From: Cyanidioschyzon merolae
Lineage: Eukaryota
Strand: one strand, 5' to 3'
Assembly: GCA_000091205.1 (NCBI GenBank)
Contig: AP006502.2
Length of the DNA: 64,000 nucleotides
Translations under genes and position numbers: made by a program
Notes under the pieces: model-generated
Databases searched by the model: none
Told to the model about the DNA's origin: nothing
What the model saw: the letters and a program-made list of their open reading frames with translations, nothing else
Part shown: positions 41,671 to 52,528 of the stretch, in pieces
Layout: every line of letters begins with the position of its first letter
Numbering within the stretch: the stretch's first letter is position 1

Positions 41671-42439
41671 AGCAGCGCCTGGACGCCGCGCACAAAGGTG
41701 CGCGGATCTCCACCAAATGAGCGCTCGGCATGCAACATGACGCAACTGCCTTGAACGAATGCCTCCACGGATCGATGAAAATCGTGTTATCTCTGCTTGA
41801 CGTGTACCATGGGCGTTGCACTCTGAGCGTTGCGGGATCGATCAAGCGTGTAGCGTTACGGGGAATACGGGTCCAGGGTTCAGATACGCAAAAACGTCTG
41901 GATGAGCGCATCGATTTCATTTCCGATTACCGATGGCAATCTGGTTCAGTACATCGACCATGTACCATAAAAGCAGGGTGCAATCGGGGTAGCGCTTCGT
42001 TGTGTGCGTCACGGCAATTCAATAGCTTTGCCAAGTCTTAGAGAAATATCTTGGGGTTGACGCGTTCGAGTCGCTTCGCCGAAGAGATGCGAGGCACCAC
42101 GGGTGCCGGCGTTAGAGCGCACCGCTTCGCCTGCTCCGAAACGGACCCGCATCGTCGCCTGGCCGTATTGAGGATGCCAATTCCCGGTACTGATGATACG
42201 GTCGAAGATGCTGGGGATTGCGTGACGGGCGCCTGCTACCTGTCGCATGTGCGGCCAAGTCTCTGTTGCACGCGGAGGCACCGCAGGAGCAGAGAGACTT
42301 CTCCAGTTCTGGAACTCGTCGCCCAGAGCGATGAACGCGCCTGCGAGGCTGCCGAATACCCAGTCCAATTTCGACTTGCGGAACGTACGCTGACTCCTCT
42401 TATTGTATGGATGCCGTTTCGTGAACAGCGGTTTATGCC

Positions 42440-42960
42440 AGCCGAGCGTTAGATTGGAATGGGATACTGCACTGCACGCGCTGGCCCTGCCTTTCGATTT
42501 TTTTCCCCGGCATTTTCCTAGATATACGGTCTAGACACTCAAAGTGCAACAATCAGGGCTTGGGAATTCATGCGCAGTTTCCGGATTCCCGGTCCGCGTT
42601 ACTGCGTGCCACTTTCGACGCGTTGCCCCTGTAACTCGATACGTCACCGGGATCGAGATGCTTCTCGACGCCGCCAAACAAAGGTTTGTAAAATAGCCGA
42701 TTTTATGAACCAATTTGTAGGCACAAGCCTCTACCGCTATCGCGTTCCTTGTGTATAGCATGCGCAAATCATGCATGCTTCATGTTTTCGATCTTTCTGT
42801 TTCAAGGCAACCCGTGGGCACAGCAATGCTCGCCACTGGACTGGCGCGGCATGGAGCCCGACGTCGCTCCTTGACGACGTGTTCACACGCTCACGCCCAA
42901 GCCTCATCGTGCTTCTCGTATCAAATGATCGAATCCTTTCGAAAGACAAATCCTTGTGTC
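42440..42960 (+). repeat. Solo RF1 3' module, longer form.
   Basis: GACGCGTTGCCCCTG...GTCACCGGGATCGAG...CAAAGGTTTGTAAAATAGCC...ATGCATGCTTCATGTTTTCGATCTTTCTGTTTCAAGGCAACCCGTGGGCAC...TCAAATGATCGAATCCTTTCGAAAGACAAATCC. Confidence 0.6.
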
Positions 42961-44188
42961 CCTGTGGTCATCCGCGAGACAGGGAATTCGACAGCTGCAT
43001 CGTACGTTACACGGGGATTCGCGCCCAGATGCACTCGCCTCTTCTGGTTGCATGGAATAAAGTCCCTGACTATAGTCGTCGCAGCGATCGCCTCTGGTGC
43101 AGACTGGATCACCGCTTCGCTGTAGAACAGCGTGGACGGATCGAAATCACTCGACTGGTTCTCCTATGGGCGTTATCATTCGCTCGATTGTTCCACCAAG
43201 GCCAATATCGCATTCCACGAATCCCTTCTCAAACGGGACAGCGTATGCTTGCTTTTGCACCATACAGCGCACTCGCAAAGGGAATCGCCCAGAAGAAGCC
43301 CGTCATCGTACGGTACGGCATTGGGCATGCAAACAAAGAATGGATTCGACGAGCGCCTTCTACGTCAGTCGCGGACATGCATCGAGCGCTGAAGTAAGCC
43401 TTCGCATGCCACCGAGCGGCGCTCGGTCCAGGAAGAGCTGCGGCAGACGCATATGCGAGCGTCTGATCAGAGTCCAGTCTCAGCGCTGCGGAAGACACAC
43501 CGAAGCTGTGTACACAGAAGACGAACATGGCGAACGACGTGCGGACCGCAACTTGCCCCTACGCGTGGGACGCGTTACCAAGAGCGGGAAGCGGCGAAGT
43601 CGGAACTTGAACGTTGCCATCGACATCTCTCGACTGCTTACACGGGAGCTTCAAGGACAAGACAGACCGGCATATGTACATTCGGAGCTAAGAGAGCGGC
43701 AAAGGAAGCAGTCGCAGAAAGAGCGTTCAAAAGCGAATGTCCATGACAGAGAGAAAACCGCGATTTTAACCTGTACGTTCGTGTCTGGGGACCTATTCTC
43801 TTCCATTACGACTTGGTTGTAAGCGCAACATGCGAATGCTTGGAATCAGAGTTGACATTTCTCGTTCATAAGCATGGTCTGGCGTACGTGGAGGCCGATT
43901 GCCCGTATGCACAATACGCACATCGTGTGGCATTCATGAAGAATGTGCATGGCCCCTGTGAGCGAGCGGAAACTCCACATGTGCTACGAGCAGCGCGAGT
44001 CCACGGGAAGCAGCGTCGCGAAGCGCTCCATGAATAGCCTACCCTCGTACCCAGAAAAGGTGTTTTCTCCCCCCAGTACCTAATTCAAGGCATAACCAAA
44101 CGTGCTCGGGCACGCTCGCTCTAGACAGCGTTGCGAACAACCGCACCGAGTTTTGGGGGAGAACGCTCCCTGGTACCGCTCCGCGCGC

Positions 44189-44626
44189 TTAAAAACGCCG
44201 ATTATCAAACTCATCTGTGTCGGGCGTGGTGCCTTCCAGAGCTACAACTTCGATGCACTCTGGGATTCGGTCCCTAATAAACTTGTCCAGTCGTTGCAAA
44301 ACGACAACTCTCTGGTGCCAAAACTGGCCCTTTAGGGCTAACACAACGGTTGCACCGTCGATGCCTACCAAGGAAACCTCCCCGGTTATACCGACCTGAC
44401 GGTTTTCCTCACTCCCAAAGACAGTCGAGAACGTCTCCTTCGCCTCATGGAGAACAGCCTGGACGTTCTCTTCAGTGAGGACGCGTTGAAACTCGGCGCG
44501 AACAGCAAGGAGACCTGGTACCGGTCGTCGCATTTGCTTAGCATAACGACGACATTGGCACCGGCCAACTGTGTCTCGCCTTGGTCGTGAGAAATTTCTG
44601 GGCTCGAACACACTGATTAAAAACAT
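44189..44626 (-). CDS. NifU-like (NFU) C-terminal-domain-like small protein lacking the CxxC motif.
   Basis: EENVQAVLHE...VGIDGATVVLALKGQ...ECIEVV resembles an Nfu C-terminal domain in layout, but the scaffold cysteines are absent. Confidence 0.3.
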   Translation of the reverse strand: MFLISVFEPRNFSRPRRDTVGRCQCRRYAKQMRRPVPGLLAVRAEFQRVLTEENVQAVLHEAKETFSTVFGSEENRQVGITGEVSLVGIDGATVVLALKGQFWHQRVVVLQRLDKFIRDRIPECIEVVALEGTTPDTDEFDNRRF

Positions 44627-44671
44627 GCGTGAGGTTTATGCGACCGTGCTTTCGAGCGGAAAACTCCAGTC

Positions 44672-44726
44672 AGCCAGCTAGCCAGCTAGCCAGCTAGCCA
44701 GCTAGCCAGCTAGCCAGCCAGCCAGG
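44672..44726. repeat. Microsatellite (AGCTAGCC)n, about 6 units, degenerating into (CAGC)n.
   Basis: The repeat cagccagctagccagctagccagctagccagctagccagctagccagccagccagg is directly visible in the sequence. Confidence 0.9.
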
Positions 44727-45820
44727 GTTGCTTGTGCGCGCACGTGCACCAAGCCGTGGGGAGCGGCGCCGAAACAAAAACCTGCAGCCCCAGCGCGCTG
44801 CCTCGAGAATAAACCCGCGTACCCTGAAGACAACGCTGAGAACCCTAACGATGCCAATTAGAAAACGTTCAACCAACAAAGTTCACGGCTGTGAGAAACA
44901 GCACCAGGTGACCCAGAAGCCAGCCTACGTACGCACTCTCGAACGATCGGTGCTCCCAGCGGTTCAATTTGGTTCGGTTACGGGCGTTGATCTGCATCCG
45001 TAAACCGACGGTTAACACAGCGCTCCCGATGAGACAAAAAGCAGCCGCTAGTAACGAGTTGAACGGATAGGTGCCTACGACCGCTGCAAAACTCGTGATA
45101 ACACCCAGTACAACTGCTAGGAAAGCAACGTACGAATCAAGAAGTTGCAGCTCCGACGGAACCTTTGACCGATACCCTTCCTTGAGGGACCTCCAAACGC
45201 TGCGTATGGTCAGGTCCGTAGAAGCCATACCTGGATGATGACGTATAGCTGCGGAAGCGTTCGTAGGTGCAGCGTCATCTCCTGTACAGCGATCGTCGAG
45301 GGCGTGCGCGCTCCACCAGAGCGCGCTGTAAGCGGCGCTTCACTCGAGACGGTCGATTCGGGCGATGAGCGGCGCTTGCGCGTTCCACTGGTGCCCGCGA
45401 CAGATCGCAGACGGCTTTCTTTTTCGAGCTTGTGTCGTATCCGGACTACACATTTGAGGTGCTGGCTATGATAAGATTGCTCTTGATGACGCAAGTAATC
45501 GCAGGCATCCTGTTTGTGCTCATGGGTACACTGCAGCTCGTAGGCTGGGTTCGGGCGAAGCATCCGCAGTATCTGAAGGAATTCAGAACGCTATATCCCC
45601 GGGCGAGGAAATGCATGTTTCCTTTCATTTGATGAAAGCACGGAAGGCTCAGGAAATTTGTTTGCACGCCAATGGGCACATCCTGACTTGGATGTGCGAG
45701 GCCGGTGCGCATGTGACTTTTCGTCACTTTTGGATGATGGTGGATTCGATGATCGTTGCAACCGGTGCATCGTGGTCGTGCCGATGCTGCCGCCGCACAT
45801 GCCGTGGAGCGTGCTCAGAG

Positions 45821-46030
45821 TCGTGATGATGCTCGATATTCGAGCTAGAAAAGCGCACTCGGATTGTTTTCCCAGATTACCGTAGCGGCGACTTGTCATC
45901 ATCCTGCATCTGAACGTTTTGGGCATCGTCATGATGCTCGATATTCAATCGACAAAAGTGCTCTCGGATTGTTTTCCCAGAATACCGCAGCGGCGACTTG
46001 TCATCATCCTGAATCTGAATGTTTCGGGTA
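45821..46030. repeat. Tandem duplication of a ~105-bp unit (2 copies, about 85% identical), immediately upstream of RF1 copy E.
   Basis: The sequence TCGTGATGATGCTCGATATTCGAGCTAGAAAAGCGCACTCGGATTGTTTTCCCAGATTACCGTAGCGGCGACTTGTCATCATCCTGCATCTGAACGTTTTGGGCA is followed directly by TCGTCATGATGCTCGATATTCAATCGACAAAAGTGCTCTCGGATTGTTTTCCCAGAATACCGCAGCGGCGACTTGTCATCATCCTGAATCTGAATGTTTCGGGTA. Confidence 0.85.
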
Positions 46031-46099
46031 CGTCTTAAGTTTACGCACTAGGAAACCGTGGCTTCCCGTGCGGCTTTGTCAAGCACTGTTCGCGACCAG

Positions 46100-46500
46100 C
46101 ATGCCATCACCAGAGCACCTGGCGCCGGCCGGAGCCTTCAGCTTCTTTTACCGATCGTTTGATAGCGTCAGTCAAGATGGATCGGTTCTGGACTTCAGCT
46201 CCATCACGAGTGTTTTAGACAAAACGCCATCAGTATCAGATGATGTATGGTGATGGAGGTGCGACCTGCGGAGCTGGTGCGATCCAACTTTGGGCGGCAG
46301 CCTGCGAGGCTAGAGATATGCAAGGAGAGGCTGAAACCGATCGCAGTCGGCAGGTCAAAACAGGCGGGGAGGCGTCTGCAATTGGGTATCCCTTTACCCT
46401 ACATGCGCATAGGACATTTCTCGGTTTCATTGAGTATAAATCCGAACGAGCCCCTCTGTTCTAACTTTGGAGTATGCACTTAATAAAGTGCCTCCTCCAA
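46100..46500 (+). mobile_element. RF1 copy E, a partial copy covering the C-terminal remnant and tail region, with no 3' module.
   Basis: ORF 46247-46483 (...RLEICKERLKPIAVGRSKQAGRRLQLGIPLP) is homologous to copy C (...LCREKLKPITVCRSKKAEKRLRGGIYLP). The flanking DNA aligns with copy C at 38060-38260. Confidence 0.45.
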
Positions 46501-48137
46501 ACCTCATCAACACCAGCCTTCTAAGGCATTTCTTTGACCGCTTCTTTTACGCTTTCGTTTTTGCGGCTTTCAATACGCCAGTCTCTCCTTTTACTCTAGC
46601 TTCTTCTTCAACTGACACAGGATGCGGATCGCCGTACTCAAGTCATGATTTCGCTGCATGGGTTGTTGCCGATGTAGTCCAGGCACAGGCGCAAGTTGCG
46701 ATCTACGCTTCGCTTGCCGTTTTCATCTACTGCATATATGGTATGCGTGCGCTCTTCGCGGCTGTGACGCTTGACTGTGATCAGGTGTTCCCGTGCGCCA
46801 ACAACATCTCCACTTCCGATAACCGCTCTATCGCACGTGAACGCTCGCCTCATCGCTCGGTATATGCTCTTGACGGGTAGAGAGGTTCCCGTCGGTACCC
46901 GCCTCCGTTTCCGCGCTCTTTGTCGTACCCTGCGATCACGGGCTTCTTCGAGACGATTCTTGTGACAAGTACCTTGTACGCGGCACACGCACATACAGGC
47001 TGTTCTATTCGACAGAGAATTCGTGGAATACGAGATTGTCCATAACAAAACAAGAATCGGAAGGAATACCTAGGCTGAAGAACAAGCCGAGAAATCTCGT
47101 TCAGTCAACGTTCCCTGTATACAAAAAAGTAACGGACTCTTTCCTTGAAGCGATCGTTGCGATGACGCGGACCCATGTTCCAGGCTGTATTCCTTGCTGA
47201 CAGAAGAGACGAGAGTATCTCAGAAAATGTCACGTGCGACGCATCGCGCTGCTGTCGAATGAGGTTTCGTCAATGGCCACGAAGGCAAAATAGTGTGTTT
47301 TTCGATTCGAATGTATGATTTGACTTGAGCGATTCAATCAAGTTTCGGGGTTAGCTCGTGAACCAATCGGCAAGAGTCGACGTCATGGCACATCGCTCAT
47401 CGCCATTTCCGTGTCGCGAATTGCTGCGCCCATGAGTCGCAAGGCAAAAAGGTCTAAAACATGAAAAACGCGTGCTTTGTGCACACTACAGCTGAAGAAA
47501 CGAGAAGCGTGGGGCTCGCACGCATGAATTTTCTCATGTTACCGATTTTTTTCCGAACCACAGTTCGATCATTCCGCGAATGACCTCGTTTCCAATGATG
47601 TTTCGAATTCCAGCGGCAAAGCGTCGAAGGAGCTACGCCCAAAACCACGATCGAGTATCCACAACCCACGTCCGACTTGGTACGTACATGTTGCTTGCAA
47701 CAGAAATCTAAAGCCTGCACACCTAAAAATCTCGGATAATATCGCTAGCCCCGAACAGAGTAACCTGTTCAATGCTCTATGCTGATCTGATCCAATTTTT
47801 TCGTAAGCAGCAACGCGCCTCCCAAAATCGCCACCTTGTCACATGGCGCGGGATGCGCTGTACACAGAGGCGCACGACACCGCCTGTCCTCTGTCACGGG
47901 GCGCCGCACGAACAACAGCGCCTGCGCTTCGGCGCCGAAGGCGATGGACCGCCGCCCGCCCGACGCGAGATCGCAGGGCCGTCTACGTACGGGCCAAAAT
48001 GGGGTAACCGGAAAATCGATCGCACCGTGTTTCCTCTACACCATGTTCCTCTCCGTGTATCCAACCTGGCTTTGTGTTATCTCGGAAGAATCAGCAGAAA
48101 AGACACTTGAAACTGAGGATCATTTTTTTAAGAAGGA

Positions 48138-48758
48138 ATGGTAGTGGAGCACGCAACCCAGATCGAGGCCTGGGCCGCGTGTCACTCATCCTTTATGGTG
48201 GGCGTGACTGTTGGCCTCGTGCTTGCGAGCCTGTGCACGCCTTTCGTTGGGTTGACGAACACCCTGCGTATGGTTTTACAGGCGCAGATTGGAAGTTTGG
48301 CAATTGCGTCCGCTGGACAATTTTTTAGCCTGATTTCGGCTTATAACAACGGGGTGTTTCACCTGGACGCTGACGGTGGGTTGTGGGCGCTCGAGTCCGC
48401 GCTCGGCGCGGGGTGCTTCAGTGTTGGCAACCTTTTCGGGGCATCCTGCGGTGGTCTTCTGGGTACTTTTCTCTCGATACGGTTCGGGTTCATAATTGCG
48501 AGTGATATTGAAGAAGAGTGGACGCTGCTGTCTCGGTGTGCTATCGAGGGCATCCAGCGACTGGCGATCATCGGGAATCCGAGTGTACTGAAGCGCATTG
48601 TAGCCATACGGACTTCAGCGCTGGCGGTGAATGCGCAAACAAGAGTTCCAGGGGAGCACGAACAGGAGGTCTTTCTTATCCGTGGCCTCGTTTCGCGTGC
48701 GAACCGAGATGGCTCGTCGACGCTGTCAGTGCGGGGCGACCAACGGACGCTAGCGTGA
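48138..48758 (+). CDS. Hypothetical glycine-zipper membrane protein (Tim17/Tim22/OEP16-family-like?). It overlaps an antisense ORF (48359-49120), so which strand is coding is unresolved.
   Basis: GxxxG-rich hydrophobic stretches such as GAGCFSVGNLFGASCGGLLGTF. Confidence 0.25.
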   Translation: MVVEHATQIEAWAACHSSFMVGVTVGLVLASLCTPFVGLTNTLRMVLQAQIGSLAIASAGQFFSLISAYNNGVFHLDADGGLWALESALGAGCFSVGNLFGASCGGLLGTFLSIRFGFIIASDIEEEWTLLSRCAIEGIQRLAIIGNPSVLKRIVAIRTSALAVNAQTRVPGEHEQEVFLIRGLVSRANRDGSSTLSVRGDQRTLA

Positions 48759-49440
48759 ACGAACGAGGCGCTCTGGTGCCGGCGCATACGCTCTGCACAG
48801 ACCGGTTCCAATATTTTGAAGCACCCAGTTATGACCGTGTTCAGAAGATCCAATTGCATTTTACCTCTATGCACAGAACGAAGTTTGAATAGTGATAGCA
48901 ACTGGAGGCTAATCCGCATCAAAGACTGACTCAGTGCGCATCGCACTGGAGGCACTGCCCAGGAGAACTGTGTGTGTGTGTGTAGTGCTTCGACAGTCAC
49001 CAGGGAGCAACCGGAGAGCTCATTCCGGCGCGCTGCATTGTAGCGCAGCGCGGCAACAGGGTTTCGCAGTAGTTTCGCCGACGAGATACGTCCAACGGTT
49101 CCAGTCGCACCATTGCGCACAATGCGAAACTCGAGTCGCAGAGGCGAACAACTTGCTCTTCACGCCATGGCCTCCGTGACTATGTTACAGAAGGAGACCG
49201 TGTTTCGATCATTGCACCCGAAAACCGCTTAAAAGGCCATGTTTCTGCCACTGCACTGGACACACGCACATACACACACCACGCCCGGCCTGCCGTGATT
49301 CAGACTGCGGATGCAGCGATGGAAGACCAGGTGGGTACGCCGTCGTCGCCCGAAGCGTTTGCGTCCTCAAACGATACGTTGAAATCCAGTTATCGAGCAC
49401 GCGCCCCTCGGAGGATCGCGAGATAATCTTATTTCCGAGT

Positions 49441-49570
49441 AACGCGCTTAGTAGGTCCATCAGGTGAAAGGTCGCTGCATCCATTGAGCTACAGTTGCAC
49501 AGTTGCATACTGGATACAAATTTAGCAGGTACATCACCCGAAAGGTCTCAGCTTGAATCGAGCTACAGCA
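49441..49570 (-). repeat. Two ~47-nt direct repeats carrying a tRNA 5'-half-like motif (CTGTAGCTCAATGG on the minus strand). Possibly a degenerate tRNA-derived SINE or tRNA pseudogene fragments.
   Basis: TTAGTAGGTCCATCAGGTGAAAGGTCGCTGCATCCATTGAGCTACAG and TTAGCAGGTACATCACCCGAAAGGTCTCAGCTTGAATCGAGCTACAG. I could not fold either into a complete cloverleaf by eye. Confidence 0.3.
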
Positions 49571-49869
49571 CTGGAAACGCACACTGGACTCGACGTGGTG
49601 GAATGCGGTAGTGTTCGCGGAAGCATAGCGTGCTGCGCCCTGCGTATCTGGTAGATAGCGAACTCGATTCGTTGAGGCTACGTCCTGAAAAACGTACCCC
49701 CTCGAGAGCTCGTGCTCCGGCGCAGAGGTCAATGCAACAAAGCGATCTACCTCTCCAACGATTCCCGGTTAGTCGTTTTCGATGGCGGTTCATGCGCGCC
49801 AGTGCTCCGTCGGCGTCGCTAATTCAGCAACCACTGAGCGCTGCTACCACATGAACATGCTTCCATCTA

Positions 49870-51666
49870 TTACGGAGCTCGATCGTATTCAGCTCCGTCA
49901 ATGCTGAATATTTCGATGCCCTCCGATACGGCAATGCGTATATCCTCTAGGGCGTCGGCTACCTCACGGGCAGTGGAATCGCTTTCCGTTTCCAGATTGC
50001 GTCCACAGAAACGCGAGCTATCTCGCTCCGAGACAGAAGACGTCGACGAACTCAGTTTCACTTGATGATCGATCGGAAAGCTGCTATCATGGCCTCCTCT
50101 GGTGCGCCAGGCCTGGAGATACTCTCCAAAAGCATGCAGTGCGTGAGGAGCGACATAGGTATACGCTACAAGGTGTGTATCGGGGGCGCCTTCAGCCGGC
50201 ATCCAGTGCGGTGAATGGGGCGACACACTCCAGCTGTCGTCTCGGTGCGCTGTCGATGCGCTGGGGCTACCCATTCTCGAGCCAGAGTCCACAACCGGCG
50301 TGATCGGCGGGCGCTCCAGTCGCTCGCGGATTCGTTTCCAGGAAATTCCGCGGAACCAGCGATGGTGCTGTAAGCAGAGCGCATGACGAAGCCTCTCCTC
50401 CGGAGAGCGGCAGATTAACTGACGCACCAGCGACTGCGCCTCGGTGGAAACGTACGAGGGAAATTTGATTTTCGCTTTCATAATTCGCTTGTACAGAGCC
50501 ACGCGCGAGTGAACATTCTCTGGAGGCGCTTTACCGCCAGTCTTGTTATCGGCGGCTGCCTGGGCTGCAACTTTTGCTCGCCTTCCACGATCGCGTTTTC
50601 CAACCAGGCCTTGTGCTCGGACGGAAAAAGGCGGCTCCCCGGTAAGCATCTCGTATATTAAACATCCAAACGACCAGTAATCCGCTGCGAAAGAATGTCC
50701 CTCACGAGCGAGGAGCTCCGGAGCCATATAGTGCTCTGTACCGCACCAGGAATGGGTGAGAGAGCCGCTATCGACGAGATCAGATGCGTCTATCGACTCG
50801 AGCTGCGTCTGCATCGCACTGTCGTTTGGCGCTGATACGGCGTCTGCGTGGGCGGCCCCTGCGGTTCCACCGTTCCCTGGTGCACGGCGGAGGGATGCGT
50901 CGGCGCTCTGCGCCATGCCTGCACCTGTCTCAGTATCTAGGCGGCCCATGCCGGCTTTGCTGAGTCCAAAGTCGGTTAAGGCTACGTGGCCTTCATGGTC
51001 CAGGAGGACGTTCTCGGGCTTCAGATCCCGATGAACAATGCCGATTGAATGCAGGTGCTGTAAAGCAATGTACATTTCAGCTGCGTAGAAACGAGCAACT
51101 TCTTCACTGAAGAGCGCCTCCTTACGCAAATAATCCATAAGCGGGCCTCCTTGCAGATAATCCATGACCAGAAAAACTCTTGAAGACGTTTGAAATGCGC
51201 AATGCAGCCGTACAATAAATGGATGCACCGCACGCTGTTCGTTCCTCATATTGTTGTTCGTTCTTGGTGATCTACCGAGTCCCGGATTCAGCTCATAGCC
51301 GTGGTCCATTAAAAGCGCAAGGATGTCGCGCTCTACTCGAGCCTGAGCAGTGCCCCCGAAGCGGAGAAGCGCCTCTTTTTTCATCGATTTGATGGCGAAC
51401 AAACCACCCGTGGGTCGATATCGCGCCAGATAGACCTTGCCAAAGGCACCCGTTCCCAAGACGCTTAGGATCTGGAACAGCTCAAGGCGATGATGGTACA
51501 CTGCGGGGCCCGCGGTCCTATTCGATAGATTCGAAACAGCAGCAGCCGGCAGGTCACTCGATGCGGTCGTCGTCATCTGCAGCAGTGCACCTGCTGGGAT
51601 GAAGGCTGGCTCCTCATCTTCGCCAGCCTCGTGACGCTGCAGTGTCGCAATGGTCATGTGTGACAA
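49870..51666 (-). CDS. AGC-family Ser/Thr protein kinase (S6K/RSK-like), with low-complexity inserts in the catalytic domain and an AGC C-terminal tail.
   Basis: GTGAFGKVYLARY...FAIKSMKK (Gly loop/VAIK), HPFIVRLHCAFQT, HRDLKPENVLLD, DFGLS, GTEHYMAPE, and a C-terminal hydrophobic motif. Confidence 0.85.
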   Translation of the reverse strand: MSHMTIATLQRHEAGEDEEPAFIPAGALLQMTTTASSDLPAAAVSNLSNRTAGPAVYHHRLELFQILSVLGTGAFGKVYLARYRPTGGLFAIKSMKKEALLRFGGTAQARVERDILALLMDHGYELNPGLGRSPRTNNNMRNEQRAVHPFIVRLHCAFQTSSRVFLVMDYLQGGPLMDYLRKEALFSEEVARFYAAEMYIALQHLHSIGIVHRDLKPENVLLDHEGHVALTDFGLSKAGMGRLDTETGAGMAQSADASLRRAPGNGGTAGAAHADAVSAPNDSAMQTQLESIDASDLVDSGSLTHSWCGTEHYMAPELLAREGHSFAADYWSFGCLIYEMLTGEPPFSVRAQGLVGKRDRGRRAKVAAQAAADNKTGGKAPPENVHSRVALYKRIMKAKIKFPSYVSTEAQSLVRQLICRSPEERLRHALCLQHHRWFRGISWKRIRERLERPPITPVVDSGSRMGSPSASTAHRDDSWSVSPHSPHWMPAEGAPDTHLVAYTYVAPHALHAFGEYLQAWRTRGGHDSSFPIDHQVKLSSSTSSVSERDSSRFCGRNLETESDSTAREVADALEDIRIAVSEGIEIFSIDGAEYDRAP

Positions 51667-51894
51667 CCTGGGAAGCGCCTTGGTGCGCGAAGCGGCAACA
51701 AATGGTACTCGAAGCCGTCAACAAGTCTCAGAGGATGCTCGGGCACCTCCTCAACAAATAGTGACGAGGTAACGATCAAAAGTCGGGTGTGGCGGGTATG
51801 CAATCGCTATGATGCTGCACAGCACGCGTCAAAGAACCAGCTGTCGAAAAACCGAAACCTACCCGACGACGATACGCGTTACTGCTCTCTTTAT

Positions 51895-52076
51895 GAGCAC
51901 TTGTCACCGGTGAGCGCTGGCACCAAAGTCCTCTGCACAGCGCGCTCCTCACAGCACCAGCTTGTCGCGTTCTATCCTCTAGCACAAGAGCTTCCCGTCC
52001 GAGCACTTGTCACCGGCGAGCGCTGGCACCAAAGTCCTCTGCCCAGCGCGCTCCTCACAGCACCAGCTTACCGCGT
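51895..52076. repeat. Two 76-bp direct repeats (about 93% identical) separated by a 30-bp spacer, in the divergent intergenic region between the AGC kinase (-) and the DUG-fusion gene (+).
   Basis: GAGCACTTGTCACCGGTGAGCGCTGGCACCAAAGTCCTCTGCACAGCGCGCTCCTCACAGCACCAGCTTGTCGCGT is repeated as GAGCACTTGTCACCGGCGAGCGCTGGCACCAAAGTCCTCTGCCCAGCGCGCTCCTCACAGCACCAGCTTACCGCGT. Confidence 0.85.
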
Positions 52077-52528
52077 ACCGTATACCGTAGGTGTCGTGCT
52101 TTGACGTCAGTACGCTCAGCAGCTCCCGATTTTATCAGGTCCGGTCTGATCCAGGAAAACGAAAAGACTCTCCACCGACACGTGAAAAGGACGCTATGTC
52201 CAAAGCACCGGGTAACGCTCGCGGACGTCGAACACAAGAACGCCACCGGCCTGAGAGGGCGAGTTTCGAACCCGCACCACCACCGTTTGGCTTCGCCCCC
52301 TGGAGCGCAGCGCTCAACGGTGACGTCGCACCGCAGTCGGTATGCAGGGGTCGCGTCTTTACGCAGGGGACTTCGTTTAGCGACACTTGGAAAGGTACAC
52401 TGCTACACAGTGAAGAACCGTGCTTGCACTTGTGGCAGCGAGTCTCGTGACTGTGACCAGAAACTCTATCATCGAGCGATTTTGCATTAGCTGCGCACCG
52501 CTGCCTCTCAACCGCACCGTACTTCAAC

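Noticed and set aside
49441-49570. Possible bona fide tRNA genes.
   Set aside because: The tRNA-like motif is restricted to the 5' third. I could not find a T-arm (GGTTCGAATCC-like box) or an anticodon stem. It is listed only as tRNA-like repeat fragments.
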